DNA of 64,000 nt from Paragordius varius. Lineage: Eukaryota > Animalia > Nematomorpha. The notes beneath the pieces are model-generated. The model did not search any database and was not told where the DNA came from. It was given only the letters and a program-made list of their open reading frames with translations. The DNA lies in NCBI GenBank assembly GCA_964247055.1, contig OZ176052.1:6324001-6388000 (forward strand), written 5' to 3'. A program made the position numbers and the translations under genes. Below, piece after piece: positions 38,201 through 52,146 of the stretch; position 1 is the stretch's first letter; each line of letters begins with the position of its first letter.

Positions 38201-41200
38201 TGAATGGGACTATCGACAATCAGCTATCGTTGCCACATTGAACCTAAATGTATATTTTGTTACTATGTTATTGACTTATATATATTGACAATGATAAGCG
38301 ATTTTTAGATTGATATATTAAAATATTTAAATGTCATATTAAATGGGTATTTTGTCTTAATTATTTAAGCGCAATAAATTTCAACGAATGTAAGGTATTT
38401 TTAAGTACATATAATAATTTTTAATAAAAATTAGATGCGTTTATTAACTAATATAAAGTAAAAATTATAATTAATAATATCCAAAAGCCAAGTATTTTCC
38501 TTATCATATATAGGCCATGTCAATTTAAATCAAAGAATATAACACCAATTTTTATTTATGTTTTTATTTAATTCTCTGCTTATACTTACTAATTAACTTC
38601 CATTTTAAAAAAAAAATTTAGAATGGAAATGGCAATGATAGCAGCTATGATATTAATGACTCCAATCTATCTAGTAAAATATTTATAACTCAAATTTACA
38701 GTTTAATTAAAATTATAAATACAAAAAATAAAAAGTAAAAAATTAATTTTCATGAAGAAAGCCATAATTTTTGATACTTAATTTTTCTTTATTACCTAAA
38801 TGATTACCAAAATCGTGTAATAAAAAATTGAGTGTGTTCCCAACTTCATTGCTTATTAAGCAACGCAAAACGATGTGTTATATTTAAGAAAATCAAGGGA
38901 AAAAAATATGGATTTTTTTATTTCAAAATATTAAACTTTTTATGTTTTGCTTTTGTAAAATCCAAATTTATCATCAGGCTTCCCATTTTTTATATATATT
39001 AATTAATTAATTTTAGTTTCAAATGATGTGGCTTGGCAAAAATTTACACCTCATGGAGTTATAGCCTTGCTCCCATTGAATCATCATCAAAGTTCATTGG
39101 TATGGTCTGTGCCGTCTGGGAATGTCCATGGTTTAGACACTACATTAATGTCATTGGATGAAGAATCATTTGTTGATAGACTAAATGCAGCTTTGGTAAA
39201 ATATTTTTGGATTTTTTACATACATATATATATAATTTGATTTGTAAAAAGGGATTAATTTCATTTGTAACAGTATTATTACGCTTGATACTTAAATGCT
39301 TTTTGTTGTCATGTTTCAAGGTTACCACTAATTATCTTATTCCATTGATCATTGTCTGGACATTTAGTAGTGGCTAGGTTTAATGTTTTTATGTCATATC
39401 TATTATTGTCATTCCAAGAGTGTGTCGGGCGTCCTTTGCGGTTGTTTGCAGAAGGTTGGATATGTGTAATGGTTTAAAGTGGGTTTGACATTTTTGTGTT
39501 TTATTGTGATATTCTTGTCAGAACAACAAGCTTTGAATATTTTGTTTTTGATATTTATCATATTGGCAAGGTTTGTTTTGTTAAGCGGCCATGTTTCGGT
39601 AGCGTAGGTAAGAGCTGGTATGACTCATGCATTGTATATTGGTCATTTATTGTTGTTAGATACATTTTTATTTTTTGGGAGTTAACTTTTCTCACGCTTG
39701 TTTTCTTATTACTCATGACATTTTAAGTCTATGACGTCTGCGAGAAAGGTGAAGTGGTCTACTTTTTCTATCAAATTCTCATCGATTATCACATATGCAG
39801 TGCGTGTTTGAGTTGGATTATTTTTAGAGTTGTTGCATTTAAAGTTAATTTGTTCGATAGTTTTCCGGTGTGGAGCATTGTTGGTGGACCCAGAATTTGC
39901 GTTTATAGCATTTTATTGAACTTAACTTCTTTGTCGTGTATAGCGCATAGATATGGGGTGAGTGTACAATCTCTAATATATATTTTTGTCTTATCAATAT
40001 CTATTCTTAGCCCATGGTTGGCCGGTTTTTCTTATTCTAAACTCATTGACACGTTTTTTAGTTAGATTTCTGTTAAAACAATGTCATCCGCAAAAATCAA
40101 TTCCCAGGGCGGTTTGGTAGAAATGCTTTTTTCTGTTACAGTCCAATAATAGATCGAATAGTAATGGACTAAGCACAGACCCATGGTGTATGCCAGTGTG
40201 TGTTTGAAAAGGTTGTGTCTCCTATTTGCCTGCATACTATTGTGGTTGTATTTTCGTAAGGAAGTAGTTTTGATCTTATTAGGTAATCGTCATTGAAATT
40301 TTGTCTTAAGCCCATTTGATTGTAGCACTGGGAAAATTATCAAAGCTTTTTCCATATCTTGTAAGACCAAAAGTTTTTATTTTTTTGAAAGGTTTTTCTG
40401 AAGATGAATATGGCATCTGTGGTGCTGTGTGCTTTTGCGAATTGATCATTTGTTATTGTAATAGTTTGCCTAAGCCGATTATGATGCAAATATTTTGAGA
40501 GCGTGTTTAAGAAGTTTAAGAGGCGGTAGTAAGAGCAAATATTCATAATTTTGTATATAAGGATTTTTATACTTTTATTCCAATCATGGGGGATTACACG
40601 TTTAGTGATAATTTCATCGCAAAAATTTGTAAGATATGATGTTAAGCATGGTATTGGTTTAGGAAGACAACTGATGGCTTGGTTTCATTTTTCAAATATT
40701 TTAACACTATATTCTGTAATTTTATGTATGGGTCCTGTTTATAATGTTTTGGTTTATTGATATCGTAGGCTTTCTTTCCACATGCTAATTGCCTTTTTTA
40801 GATTTTTTGTTATTTAATTCATATTATTTTGATATATTTAATCCCATATATTTTTTGTTTGTTTGGATTCATGTTACGTATTAAAAGATTTTTTTATTTT
40901 AAACTTGATCTTCAAGTTTAGCAGCTAGTTTTATAAAAAATTTTGTTAATAGCTTTTCGAATTTCTTTTTGTGCTATATTTTCAGCGAAAGAATACTACA
41001 TCTTACGGTTTTGCACAATGACTGCATCCTAAATATAATATCTATATGCGCATCCCGGTATAAAAGACTAAGTAAAAAAACAATTTTGAATAGAACTACA
41101 ATGTTTCAAGAAAACCATCCTCTTAGTAGGTGACTTTAGCCTTGGCGGAAACAGCATTGGCAGTACTGGCAAATGGGTGAACAGATTTTGGAATATTGTC

Positions 41201-44200
41201 AGGAAAACCATTAATCATAGCCAACACACACTTCAAAAAGATCTCACTTTTCAAACAATATCCATGATAGACTAAATCCTTTTACTTAAATGAAAACGGA
41301 CTCATAGTTAACATCAAAACTCACCTAACAACTTCATACAGCACAAAATCTTGATTGCAGTTTAGAAAGCACTAATCAAACATAAACCATTATATTAAGA
41401 CCAGCCAAAATAAACCACAGCAGTTTACAAAATTAAATAGTCAGGAACAATTATATTAGCTAAACATTTGAAAAGCTCCAAAAAACACAGACAACGTTCG
41501 AGATGGGTTAACCTCAAAACAATAGTTAAAACAGCAGAAAATATTTGCGCGATCCAAGCCAAACATCAAAAAACAATAAATTGGCTGTGAAAAATAGAAT
41601 AGAAAAGGGTGACCCCTACAAAGCATGGACAAAGGATAATATTATTGATAAAAATAGATAAACATAGCTTATCGCAAAACTTAATGCAAAAAGAAATTTA
41701 AAAAGCTATCAATGAAAATTCTGCAAAATTCTAAATACATAAAAACCGTGTATTTAAACTAACAAGAAATTAATTTCGTAGTAAAACAATAAGGGACCAT
41801 ATTATAATGCTTAATTAATGATAAATAGATGGCTCATTTCATCTAGAAAAAATATCTAATAATATTCCTAAATCAATTCAATAACCGTTTTATTCAATTC
41901 TATTTTATTTATTATACAAGTATATAAAAGAATAGCTCAAGTTAAAATTTTTATTGTATTTGGGTGTATATGTTATACCATTTGCCACTTGAGTTGATCC
42001 TTGAACATTTAAAGTTGGTCCTTAGACTTTTTATTAAATTATTAATTTTTATTAACAAACGATATTATATATAAAACATATATATGGTCATTCTTAAATA
42101 TATATCAAACAGATGACTTTTAAAGAAAACGGAATAAATTTTTTCGTTCTTGCTATTTCGATTATTTCGAAAAAATTGCCTAAGAAATATCGATTTTGTG
42201 AACATGTTTTTGTAAATTTTGGATAAATTTTTAGCGGGGCGCACACAAAGCCTCGAAGGGCCGCATGTTTGCCACCCTTGATGTAATATTATTCATCTAT
42301 CCTATCATTTTTTAGACTAATATCTTCATATAACCTAAATTTATGATTTAAAACCATTTTCATTATTCAATTAATATATTACGCGTGATTATAAAATATA
42401 TAAGTATCTGTTGAAATACAAAATATATAAATATTTTTTAACTAGCGTGAATCTCGTGCTGCTACGCAGCCCGAGGAAGTCCTTCGGACTTCTGGGGAGG
42501 GGGGGGGGGTTCGAAGTTTGGATTTGAATGGGTCTACCGGTTTTTCTGTACCAGATCACAAAGCCAGCATTTTCCATTTTTATAAATATATAGATTACCA
42601 TAAATAATGTTTTAATATCCATATATCTTTTAACATGCTATACATATGATAGATACTCCTTACTCAGCATCTATCATCAAAGAAACGCCTGACTAAAATT
42701 TTTGCCTTTTAACAGGGAATACGTGGAATCCATATAGAATTTTTACGGTCTCATACCTAGGGCGAAAAATCGATTTAAAAAATTATTTTTGTGGACTTTG
42801 TTTTTTGAAAAAGGTGGCATTTTACGGGGGGAGCGGGTAAAAAGAGGGCCTAAATCAAAAAAGTGACTCGGCTATGTTCAGCGCAATCGAAAATAAGTAA
42901 ACAAAAATCATATTTGAAATTGAATGGTCCAACACGTTCTCCGGAAAATTGTCTCAAAGACACGATTTTTGTGGACTTGAGTTTTTAAAAAAAACCCGTT
43001 TTTCATACGGGGTGGGCCCGAACTGGGGGCCTATTTCAAAAAAAGGGCGAAGCTATTGTCGGGACATTTATTAATGATTATATTTTTTCGATATTTGGAT
43101 TTGATTGGGTCTACCGGTTTTCCTGTACCAGATCACAAAGCCAGCATTTTCCATTTTTATAAATATATAGATTACCATAAATAATGTATTAATATCCATA
43201 TATCTTTTAACATGCTATACATATGATAGATACTCCTTACTCAGCATCTATCATCAAGGAAACGCTTGACTAAAATTTTTGCCTTTTAACAGGGAATACG
43301 TGGAATCCATATAGAATTTTTACGGTCTCATACCTAGGGCGAAAAATCGATTTAAAAAATTATTTTTGTGGACTTTGTTTTTTGAAAAAGGTGGCATTTT
43401 ACGGGGGGAGCGGGTAAAAAGAGGGCCTAAATCAAAAAAGTGACTCGGCTATGTTCAGCGCAATCGAAAATAAGTAAACAATAATCATATTTGAAATTGA
43501 ATGGTCCAACACGTTCTCCGGAAAATTGTCTCAAAGACACGATTTTTGTGGACTTGAGTTTTTAAAAAAACCCGTTTTTCATACGGGGTGGGCCCGAACT
43601 GGGGGCCTATTTCAAAAAAAGGGCGAAGCTATTGTCGGGACATTTATTAATGATTATATTTTTTCGATATTTGGATTTGATTGGGTCTACCGGTTTTCCT
43701 GTACCAGATCACAAAGCCAGCATTTTCCATTTTTATAAATATATAGATTACCATAAATAATGTTTTAATATCCATATATCTTTTAACATGCTATACATAT
43801 GATAGATACTCCTTACTCAGCATCTATCATCAAAGAAACGCCTGACTAAAATTTTTGCCTTTTAACAGGGAATACGTGGAATCCATATAGAATTTTTACG
43901 GTCTCATACCTAGGGCGAAAAATCGATTTAAAAAATTATTTTTGTGGACTTTGTTTTTTGAAAAAGGTGGCATTTTACGGGGGGAGCGGGTAAAAAGAGG
44001 GCCTAAATCAAAAAAGTGACTCGGCTATGTTCAGCGCAATCGAAAATAAGTAAACAATAATCATATTTGAAATTGAATGGTCCAACACGTTCTCCGGAAA
44101 ATTGTCTCAAAGACACGATTTTTGTGGACTTGAGTTTTTAAAAAAAACCCGTTTTTCATACGGGGTGGGCCCGAACTGGGGGCCTATTTCAAAAAAAGGG

Positions 44201-47200
44201 CGAAGCTATTGTCGGGACATTTATTAATGATTATATTTTTTCGATATTTGGATTTGATTGGGTCTACCGGTTTTCCTGTACCAGATCACAAAGCCAGCAT
44301 TTTCCATTTTTATAAATATATAGATTACCATAAATAATGTATTAATATCCATATATCTTTTAACATGCTATACATATGATAGATACTCCTTACTCAGCAT
44401 CTATCATCAAGGAAACGCTTGACTAAAATTTTTGCCTTTTAACAGGGAATACGTGGAATCCATATAGAATTTTTACGGTCTCATACCTAGGGCGAAAAAT
44501 CGATTTAAAAAATTATTTTTGTGGACTTTGTTTTTTGAAAAAGGTGGCATTTTACGGGGGGAGCGGGTAAAAAGAGGGCCTAAATCAAAAAAGTGACTCG
44601 GCTATGTTCAGCGCAATCGAAAATAAGTAAACAATAATCATATTTGAAATTGAATGGTCCAACACGTTCTCCGGAAAATTGTCTCAAAGACACGATTTTT
44701 GTGGACTTGAGTTTTTAAAAAAACCCGTTTTTCATACGGGGTGGGCCCGAACTGGGGGCCTATTTCAAAAAAAGGGCGAAGCTATTGTCGGGACATTTAT
44801 TAATGATTATATTTTTTCGATATTTGGATTTGATTGGGTCTACCGGTTTTCCTGTACCAGATCACAAAGCCAGCATTTTCCATTTTTATAAATATATAGA
44901 TTACCATAAATAATGTTTTAATATCCATATATCTTTTAACATGCTATACATATGATAGATACTCCTTACTCAGCATCTATCATCAAAGAAACGCCTGACT
45001 AAAATTTTTGCCTTTTAACAGGGAATACGTGGAATCCATATAGAATTTTTACGGTCTCATACCTAGGGCGAAAAATCGATTTAAAAAATTATTTTTGTGG
45101 ACTTTGTTTTTTGAAAAAGGTGGCATTTTACGGGGGGAGCGGGTAAAAAGAGGGCCTAAATCAAAAAAGTGACTCGGCTATGTTCAGCGCAATCGAAAAT
45201 AAGTAAACAATAATCATATTTGAAATTGAATGGTCCAACACGTTCTCCGGAAAATTGTCTCAAAGACACGATTTTTGTGGACTTGAGTTTTTAAAAAAAA
45301 CCCGTTTTTCATACGGGGTGGGCCCGAACTGGGGGCCTATTTCAAAAAAAGGGCGAAGCTATTGTCGGGACATTTATTAATGATTATATTTTTTCGATAT
45401 TTGGATTTGATTGGGTCTACCGGTTTTCCTGTACCAGATCACAAAGCCAGCATTTTCCATTTTTATAAATATATAGATTACCATAAATAATGTATTAATA
45501 TCCATATATCTTTTAACATGCTATACATATGATAGATACTCCTTACTCAGCATCTATCATCAAAGAAACGCTTGACTAAAATTTGTGCCTTTTCACAGTG
45601 AATGCGAAAAATCTTTCTCGAATTTTTACAGTCTCATACCGTGGGCAAAAAAATACAATCAAAAAATTATTTTTGTGGACTTTGTTTTTTTTTTGAAAAA
45701 GGTGGCATTTTACGGGGGGAGCGGGTAAAAAGAGGGCCTAAATCAAAAAAGTGACTCGGCTATGTTCACCGCAATCGAAAATAAGTAAACAAAAATCATA
45801 TTTGAAATTGAATGGTCCAACACGTTCTCCAAAAAATTGACTTAACCCATTTTTCACACGGGGTGGGCCCAAACTGGGGACCTAATTCCAAAAAAGGGCG
45901 AAGCTATTGTCGGGGCATTCATTAATGATTAAATTTTATCGATGCTTGGATTTGATTGGGTTCACCGGTTTTTCGGAAACAGATCACAAAGTTATATGAA
46001 AAATCAGTTTTTAGCGGGTAGCTCCTTACCCAGCAGCTATCATCAAATAAACGGTAGACTAAAATTTTTGCCTTTTAACAGGGAATACGTGGAATCCATA
46101 TAGGATTTTTACGGTCTCATACCTAGGGCGAAAAATCGATTTAAAAAATTATTTTTGTGGACTTTGTTTTTTGAAAAAGGTGGCATTTTACGGGGGGAGC
46201 GGGTAAAAAGAGGGCCTAAATCAAAAAAGTGACTCGGCTATGTTCAGCGCAATCGAAAATAAGTAAACAATAATCATATTTGAAATTGAATGGTCCAACA
46301 CGTTCTCCGGAAAATTGTCTCAAAGACACGATTTTTGTGGACTTGAGTTTTTAAAAAAAACCCGTTTTTCATACGGGGTGGGCCCGAACTGGGGGCCTAT
46401 TTCAAAAAAAGGGCGAAGCTATTGTCGGGACATTTATTAATGATTATATTTTTTCGATATTTGGATTTGATTGGGTCTACCGGTTTTCCTGTACCAGATC
46501 ACAAAGCCAGCATTTTCCATTTTTATTAATATATAGATTATAAGATGTTATACAAAATGCGATTTTGTATTAATTTTTTATGTCATTTTTATTAATAGTG
46601 GGATATCACAGCTGAACATGATAGGTATATACAATTTCAAGGATATCTCGATCGCATTCTAGATATGGCCCCAGTTTTATCAAGTATATAAAAAATAATG
46701 TTTTAATAAATTAATTATAAAAAATTATGGTTAAATTGGTTAATTTATTTTTTTACCCATAAAAATTAGTTCGAAAACGACGTTTAAATACTTTGAAGCA
46801 ATTGCCACCGCGTATTATGTCTATTGAAACGGGAAGTCGTGCTATTTTACCATTAAAATTTTTATATTCATCTCGATTAGTTGGCCCGCGAATCGCACTA
46901 ATAGGGTATTATATATGATTATTGTAATTGGAGTTGAGCATTATAAAATACCTTGTGTTGAAACTGGGAATCAAAATTAAAATTAAAGTGTCAGGATTGG
47001 TGTTGTGGGATTTTTACTTAAAAAAGGTTTGGCAAAATATATATGATTAGTTAGATTCACCAAATCCGCGCGCTGTTTTTTATCATTATTATAATAATAT
47101 GTGGACCTTTAAAAATTTTTACGCAATAAAAATTATTTTCTTTAAATGAACACTTAACTTGCATTTTAAATTTAAATTTAGCAATATTTTGTTAGGGAGT

Positions 47201-48153
47201 ATTTATGCTATTTTACATCATTACGTAATATGAAACACGACAAAAGACAAAGCTACATTTATAGTCCTAAAAAAATTATCTAATCCAAAAATTAATGTTA
47301 TCAAATACTATTTATTTTATTTAGTTAAATGCCTCGATTTTGGCCAAATTTTAAAAACGATAAAATAATGTTGTTTACGTGATTGATATAATATTCATTG
47401 CTTTATTAATGCATTACGATTTTATTTATAATTCTACGAATTTTTTACCTTAAAATATACTACAATATTGTTAACATGTTCTTTTCCAAGAATAAATTAA
47501 ATAAACTGTTTAAACCATCATTTATTGACTTATGCATCGTAACAATACTGGTTCGTTCATGGAAAAGTATAATAGTTAATAATTCCTCCTTCGCTGATGA
47601 ATCATTAAAACATAGGAATATAAATGCACACTTGCGCGATCCCAACATAATTGGTAGATTCGTCGAGTAAACGAAAAAAATACAGTTAATATTTTCACGT
47701 AAATCAATAAGATTTTGATTAATATCTTCAACTCTTCGCACAACGGTATTTCTGGATGTTTTTAATAGTTTACGATATTATTTTCGTTCTCTAGCTCAAA
47801 CCAGATTTCGCAAGCGATACTAATTAATATTGAAACGATATATGCCGTTAAAATACTTGAAAAAAAGTTATTTTTTTTATTATTAGCCAATATCAAAAAA
47901 TCGCATTTTTTTCGCATGTTATGTCAAATAAAATTAAGTACGATAGATGAAAACGTATGTAAATTTTATTTGTTTTAATATAGCATAAGGATAATTTTAA
48001 ACGTAAAATATTATCAATAAAATTTTAAATTTTTTCGGAGGGTTCAGAAAGTTTTTCAAGAATATTAGCTAAAAAATCGTACTTTGTCGTCAAATTGAAT
48101 CATAAAAACTTAAATATGCCGTAAAAGATTTGAATATTTATTAAAACAATCAT

Positions 48154-48191
<38 letters not shown>

Positions 48192-51128
48192 TTGGACCAA
48201 AGAGAAGCCGCGTATAATTTTTACGAAACATCCAATATATATAATATTATACATACTTTTTCCATTCAATTCGATGCAGAAAAAAAGATCTATCATCTCC
48301 GTTTTTTTATTTAGGGAATTATTTATCCGAAAATCTTAATTATATATTTTTAGCCCCATTTTGTCTTTTAATACCGGCTTTAGGGCATAAAAATTCCCCA
48401 AATTAAAAGAGTCTTTGCATCAAATTATACACAAAAGATAATTATAATATACATATTAAATGTTTTGTAAAAACTATACGCAGCTTCAGCTTTGGTCATG
48501 ATTATATAAAGTTAATATATTATTGTTTAATAATAATTACTATCTTTTACCGCAAGTTAATAAGTTTTTATGATTCAATTTGACGACAAAGTGCGATTTT
48601 TAGCTAATATTCTTAAAAATCTTTCTGGGACCGTATTCGAAAAAAATGAAAAATCTTTGTTGATAATATTTTGCGTTTAAAATTATCCTTATGCTATACT
48701 AAAACAAATAAAATTTAGTTCACACGTTTTCATCCATCGTATTTAATTTATTTGACATAATATGCGAAAAGATGCGATTTTTCGATTTTGGCTAATAACG
48801 GAAAAATTTAATAATTTTGACCAAATTTGTGTAGATTATGATATTTAGCAATGAATGGGCCTATGCACATTTTAAACCATGTTATTCAAACTTTAAGAAA
48901 TTTATTATTTTTAGCGATGCATGTCGACGCATTCACCCATTAGCTGGCCAAGGTTTAAATTTAGGAATCGGTGATGTAGAATGTTTGACCCGTATACTGT
49001 CACATGGCCAAATGTATACTACAAATTTGGGTAACATATTAAATTTAGTAATTTGTTATTAAGACTTTTAAAAATAGGTTAATATTATGCACAACTCCTT
49101 TGTAAGTTTTTTTGTTTTTTCAATGATATCTTTTGTTAAGTATATATGAAACGCATAACCTTGTTTAACACTTCGATACAACACATTCATTTTAGTCATT
49201 CGATTCAAATTGGGTAGTTAAATACCCCAGGCCTGTTTAAAATTGAATTCTTTAAAAAATAAGAAAGGAATCGAAACCATGGCAAAATTTTGCACTTATA
49301 TATTATTAATAAACCGAAATATATAAAAAAATTTATTCAAAAATACTTAATATTACTTTTTTTTAAGCTAAAACCGAAAGGTAAAGATTTAGTCAACGTG
49401 ACATGTGTGCGGTAAAATTGAAAAATAATACAAAATAAACCGCTTTTTGTATTTCTATTTATGTTAGATGTTTAAATAAAAAATTAGCTTTAATTTTACC
49501 CCTAAAAGTAAATGAAGACCCTATTTTGCAAAAAATTTGTAAAATAAAAATGGCGTCGAAGTAGTTTGACATGGAACTTTTTTTCAAAACAAAATTTTAT
49601 CTGGAGTATTTAGATACCCCAATTTGTATCGAAATGTTAATGGACATTTTTAAATTGTCCAATTATCATTTTTTATTAGATATATTATCAAATAATTTAA
49701 ATACAGTAAAATCGATTTTTTGTTCAAAACACATGAACCGCACAATAAAACCTGGTTTAAAAACACAGGAGGACCCACAAAAAATATTTTTTAAATAAGT
49801 ATATTATTAAAATGATGGTCGGCATAAGAAGATCAAAAATGCGAAAAATATTTGCTTAATTATTATTCTATATAAGAAAACTAGCTTAAACAGCTACCAA
49901 AAATCAGGCCATTTTTTATCTAATATTTCTTTTCTATTTACACAAAGTCAATAAAGTAAATGTTTAAAAATGAGCAAATGAATTTGGTCCACACATTATA
50001 TATTAAATCCATTTTTATAAATATATAGATTATCAGAATTTTTACATCGATTTCGGTCAAAAAAAATTAGTTTAAATGAAAATTGTAAAATAGGATCTGA
50101 AGCACAATTAGAGAAATATCAAACCGAAAGGCTTCGAGCAACTTTCCCCATAATCACTGCAATAAATTCACTCAATCTCATTTACAATAGTCCATGTGGA
50201 AACGATTTTCCTCCCGAATCTAGAAAAACAAATTCTTTTGATTCAAACAACTTGGCTCAAAACTCCAATGAATTATGGAAACAATATTATTTTCCTAATG
50301 TATCCACAAACTTCAATGACATTTTTCGTAAAATTAAGCTGCCAAAAACTTTATTGGGTAGCTTTGGCTTGCAAATGGTTGACTCTAGCCCCACTACTAA
50401 AGTAAAATTAACTATTCATGGAAAATTATTAACTTGCATAATGCGACCTATATTTTCATTTAGTATTTAAGCGTCTAAATCAGGAGTTTGCATCACAAAT
50501 AGCTTCATGGGCCGCATTCGCATAATATATGGAATAACAAATATTTTATTAGATGTTAAATATAAGACTGTAAAAACTATTTATTATAACAATTTTCGCT
50601 CTGCTAGTTCTTTGCCAAAATTTGGAGAAACTTAATCGGGAAATTTGTCTAAGAAAATTGAATTTATTTAGATTACAGAAAATTTTCTATTTAAGATTTG
50701 TCGCGAGCTACAAAAATATTGTGGAGGGCCGTCGCGTGTTGGTAACGTCTGCTATGAATAAACCTTTAAAACCTTAAATATTTTATCAACCTTAAATCTA
50801 AAAATTAGTACATTGGCTTTATTTTATTAATTAGTGTCATACTAGGTCTGCCATTTAAATATATTTTGGGAATTTAGTATTAAAAATATTTATTTTTAAA
50901 ATACATTTTGATAATCATTAGGCCATTTTAGTAACCCAGTTTGTATAATATAAAAACATGGTCACACATCTACATCGTAAATGAGATTGATAACTCTTTT
51001 AAGAAATTTAATATATTGGACATATAACTTTTATTGAAAATTTACCCTTTGTAATATCTAACAAATCAATTTAATATATTCAATCTTTATTTATTACATA
51101 GAAATGGCTCCGATACTATGTGGGATAA
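35211..51128 (+). CDS. COQ6: Ubiquinone biosynthesis monooxygenase COQ6
   Basis: Exons 35211-35298, 35324-35467, 35493-35551, 35574-35708, 35731-35776, 35799-35845, 38145-38249, 38622-38673, 39017-39195, 46599-46683, 46770-46905, 48915-49030, 50094-50401, 51102-51128, all GT-AG and in phase. Motifs GAGTVG, IGADGHNS, WDYRQSAIVATL, AWQKFTPHGVIALLPL, IHPLAGQGLNLGIGD. The last exon is the least certain. Confidence 0.93.
35870..36940. mobile_element. Foldback-type element (about 1.07 kb, long imperfect TIRs), family B
   Basis: tagttttggccctcacaagtg (about 35895) mirrors cacttgtgagggctaaaata (about 36881), and gtgggttccaaaagtctc mirrors gggatttctgagcccat. It is homologous to 52693-55670 once the nested MITEs there are removed. 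Ends approximate. Confidence 0.75.
39300..41720 (-). mobile_element. Decayed RTE LINE of the same type as 2715-6210, with its endonuclease part inverted
   Basis: Minus 40982 to 39309 gives HGSVLSPLLF, PPWELIFADDIVLT, CKFWVHQQCS and RKGRPTHSW..stop. Plus 40984-41720 gives SERILH..ILNIIS, LVGDF, GEQILEYC, IANTHFKK, SMID, QHKILIA and YKAWTK. Confidence 0.85.
42442..46537 (-). mobile_element. Non-autonomous Helitron (4.1 kb) with tandem array, inside COQ6 intron 9
   Basis: Same A^TC and CTAG^T termini and hairpins as the 25966 element. Anchor spacings 577, 576, 577, 576, 582, 478. Confidence 0.85.
47881..48797. mobile_element. Foldback/MITE with about 250-bp TIRs in COQ6 intron 11
   Basis: 47881-48130 (tattagccaa..gtcgtcaaattgaatcataaaaact) is the reverse complement of 48540-48797. 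Confidence 0.8.
49169..49636 (+). mobile_element. TTAA-flanked MITE (piggyBac-like), family A copy 1
   Basis: TTAA|cacttcgatacaac...gtatcgaaatg|TTAA; clearly homologous to four copies at 52-55.6 kb. Confidence 0.75.
49881..50029 (-). mobile_element. Possible 149-bp deleted Helitron derivative
   Basis: Carries the same 5' terminus (tccatttttataaatatatagat) and an A|CTAG at 49881, but no clear hairpin. Confidence 0.35.
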
Positions 51129-52146
51129 AAAATCAAAAGGATAATTTATTTATTCTTGCTCATATGGCCAAGGTTTTTCAGTAATAAATGATTTATATAA
51201 TTGCTTATATTTTATACTGCTAACAATATTATCTCGTTGTGGGAAAGCAGTTGATCCTTTATGTTCTTCGGAATAATCAGCAAAACGTTTGTATTCCGTC
51301 TGAATATGTAAATTTGGTGGCAATGATGATTTTTCGATATTTTTTGAATTTAAAATTTCTAAAGTATTTCGAATATCGACAGGAGTGTTAAAAAAATCAA
51401 TTAAGTTTTGAAATGTGATAAACTTATGGATTTGCGAGTTTGGAATTAATTTTTTGAAGTGTAAACATTTTTTTAAAATCTAAATTTAGAAATGTATAAA
51501 TACTTCGTATTTTTTATCATTTGGAATATTATATTCTGTCCAATTTTTCTCAATATTCACAAAATCTGATGCGATAGTTTTGATTATGTCTTTGACATTT
51601 TCAGGGGGTGAATAAGAAATTGTACAATGTTTTACACTATATATAAACAATATTTAAACCCTAAAGCTTTGATTCTATCCCTATTATTCGGAACAATATC
51701 GTTTATTATTGCGTTAGGTAAAGATTTTTCCGATTTTTTAATTAATTTAGCCAAAATTGAAGCATGCCTGATGTGCATCATCAACAAAAGTAACAGATGT
51801 TAAATTATACAGCGCACACTAAAAAATATCTTTTGGGCCTTACGAAATTGTAAAATTATCTTTTGTGGTGATTGACCTCTAGAGTCCTTTTATACAGCGG
51901 GTAGTTGAGACCCTAGGCTTATTTTTATCTAAAAATTTAAAAAAATATGGACTGTATTGAAACCATTTTACTAGTCTGCATTCTATGACATGGATGCAGC
52001 GAAAATTAAATATTTATTCGGAATAACTTATGATCATCTTTATGAATTAACCTAAATGCAAAAATGTTGATGCGATGTGTGTGCATTACACAGTGTAAAT
52101 ATGATGAGTTATATACAGTGTATATAAAAAATATGATGAATATTAA

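Noticed and set aside
25966-46537. Arrays as CRISPR loci
   Set aside because: Units are 450-720 bp with no unique spacers, there are no cas genes, and the context is eukaryotic.
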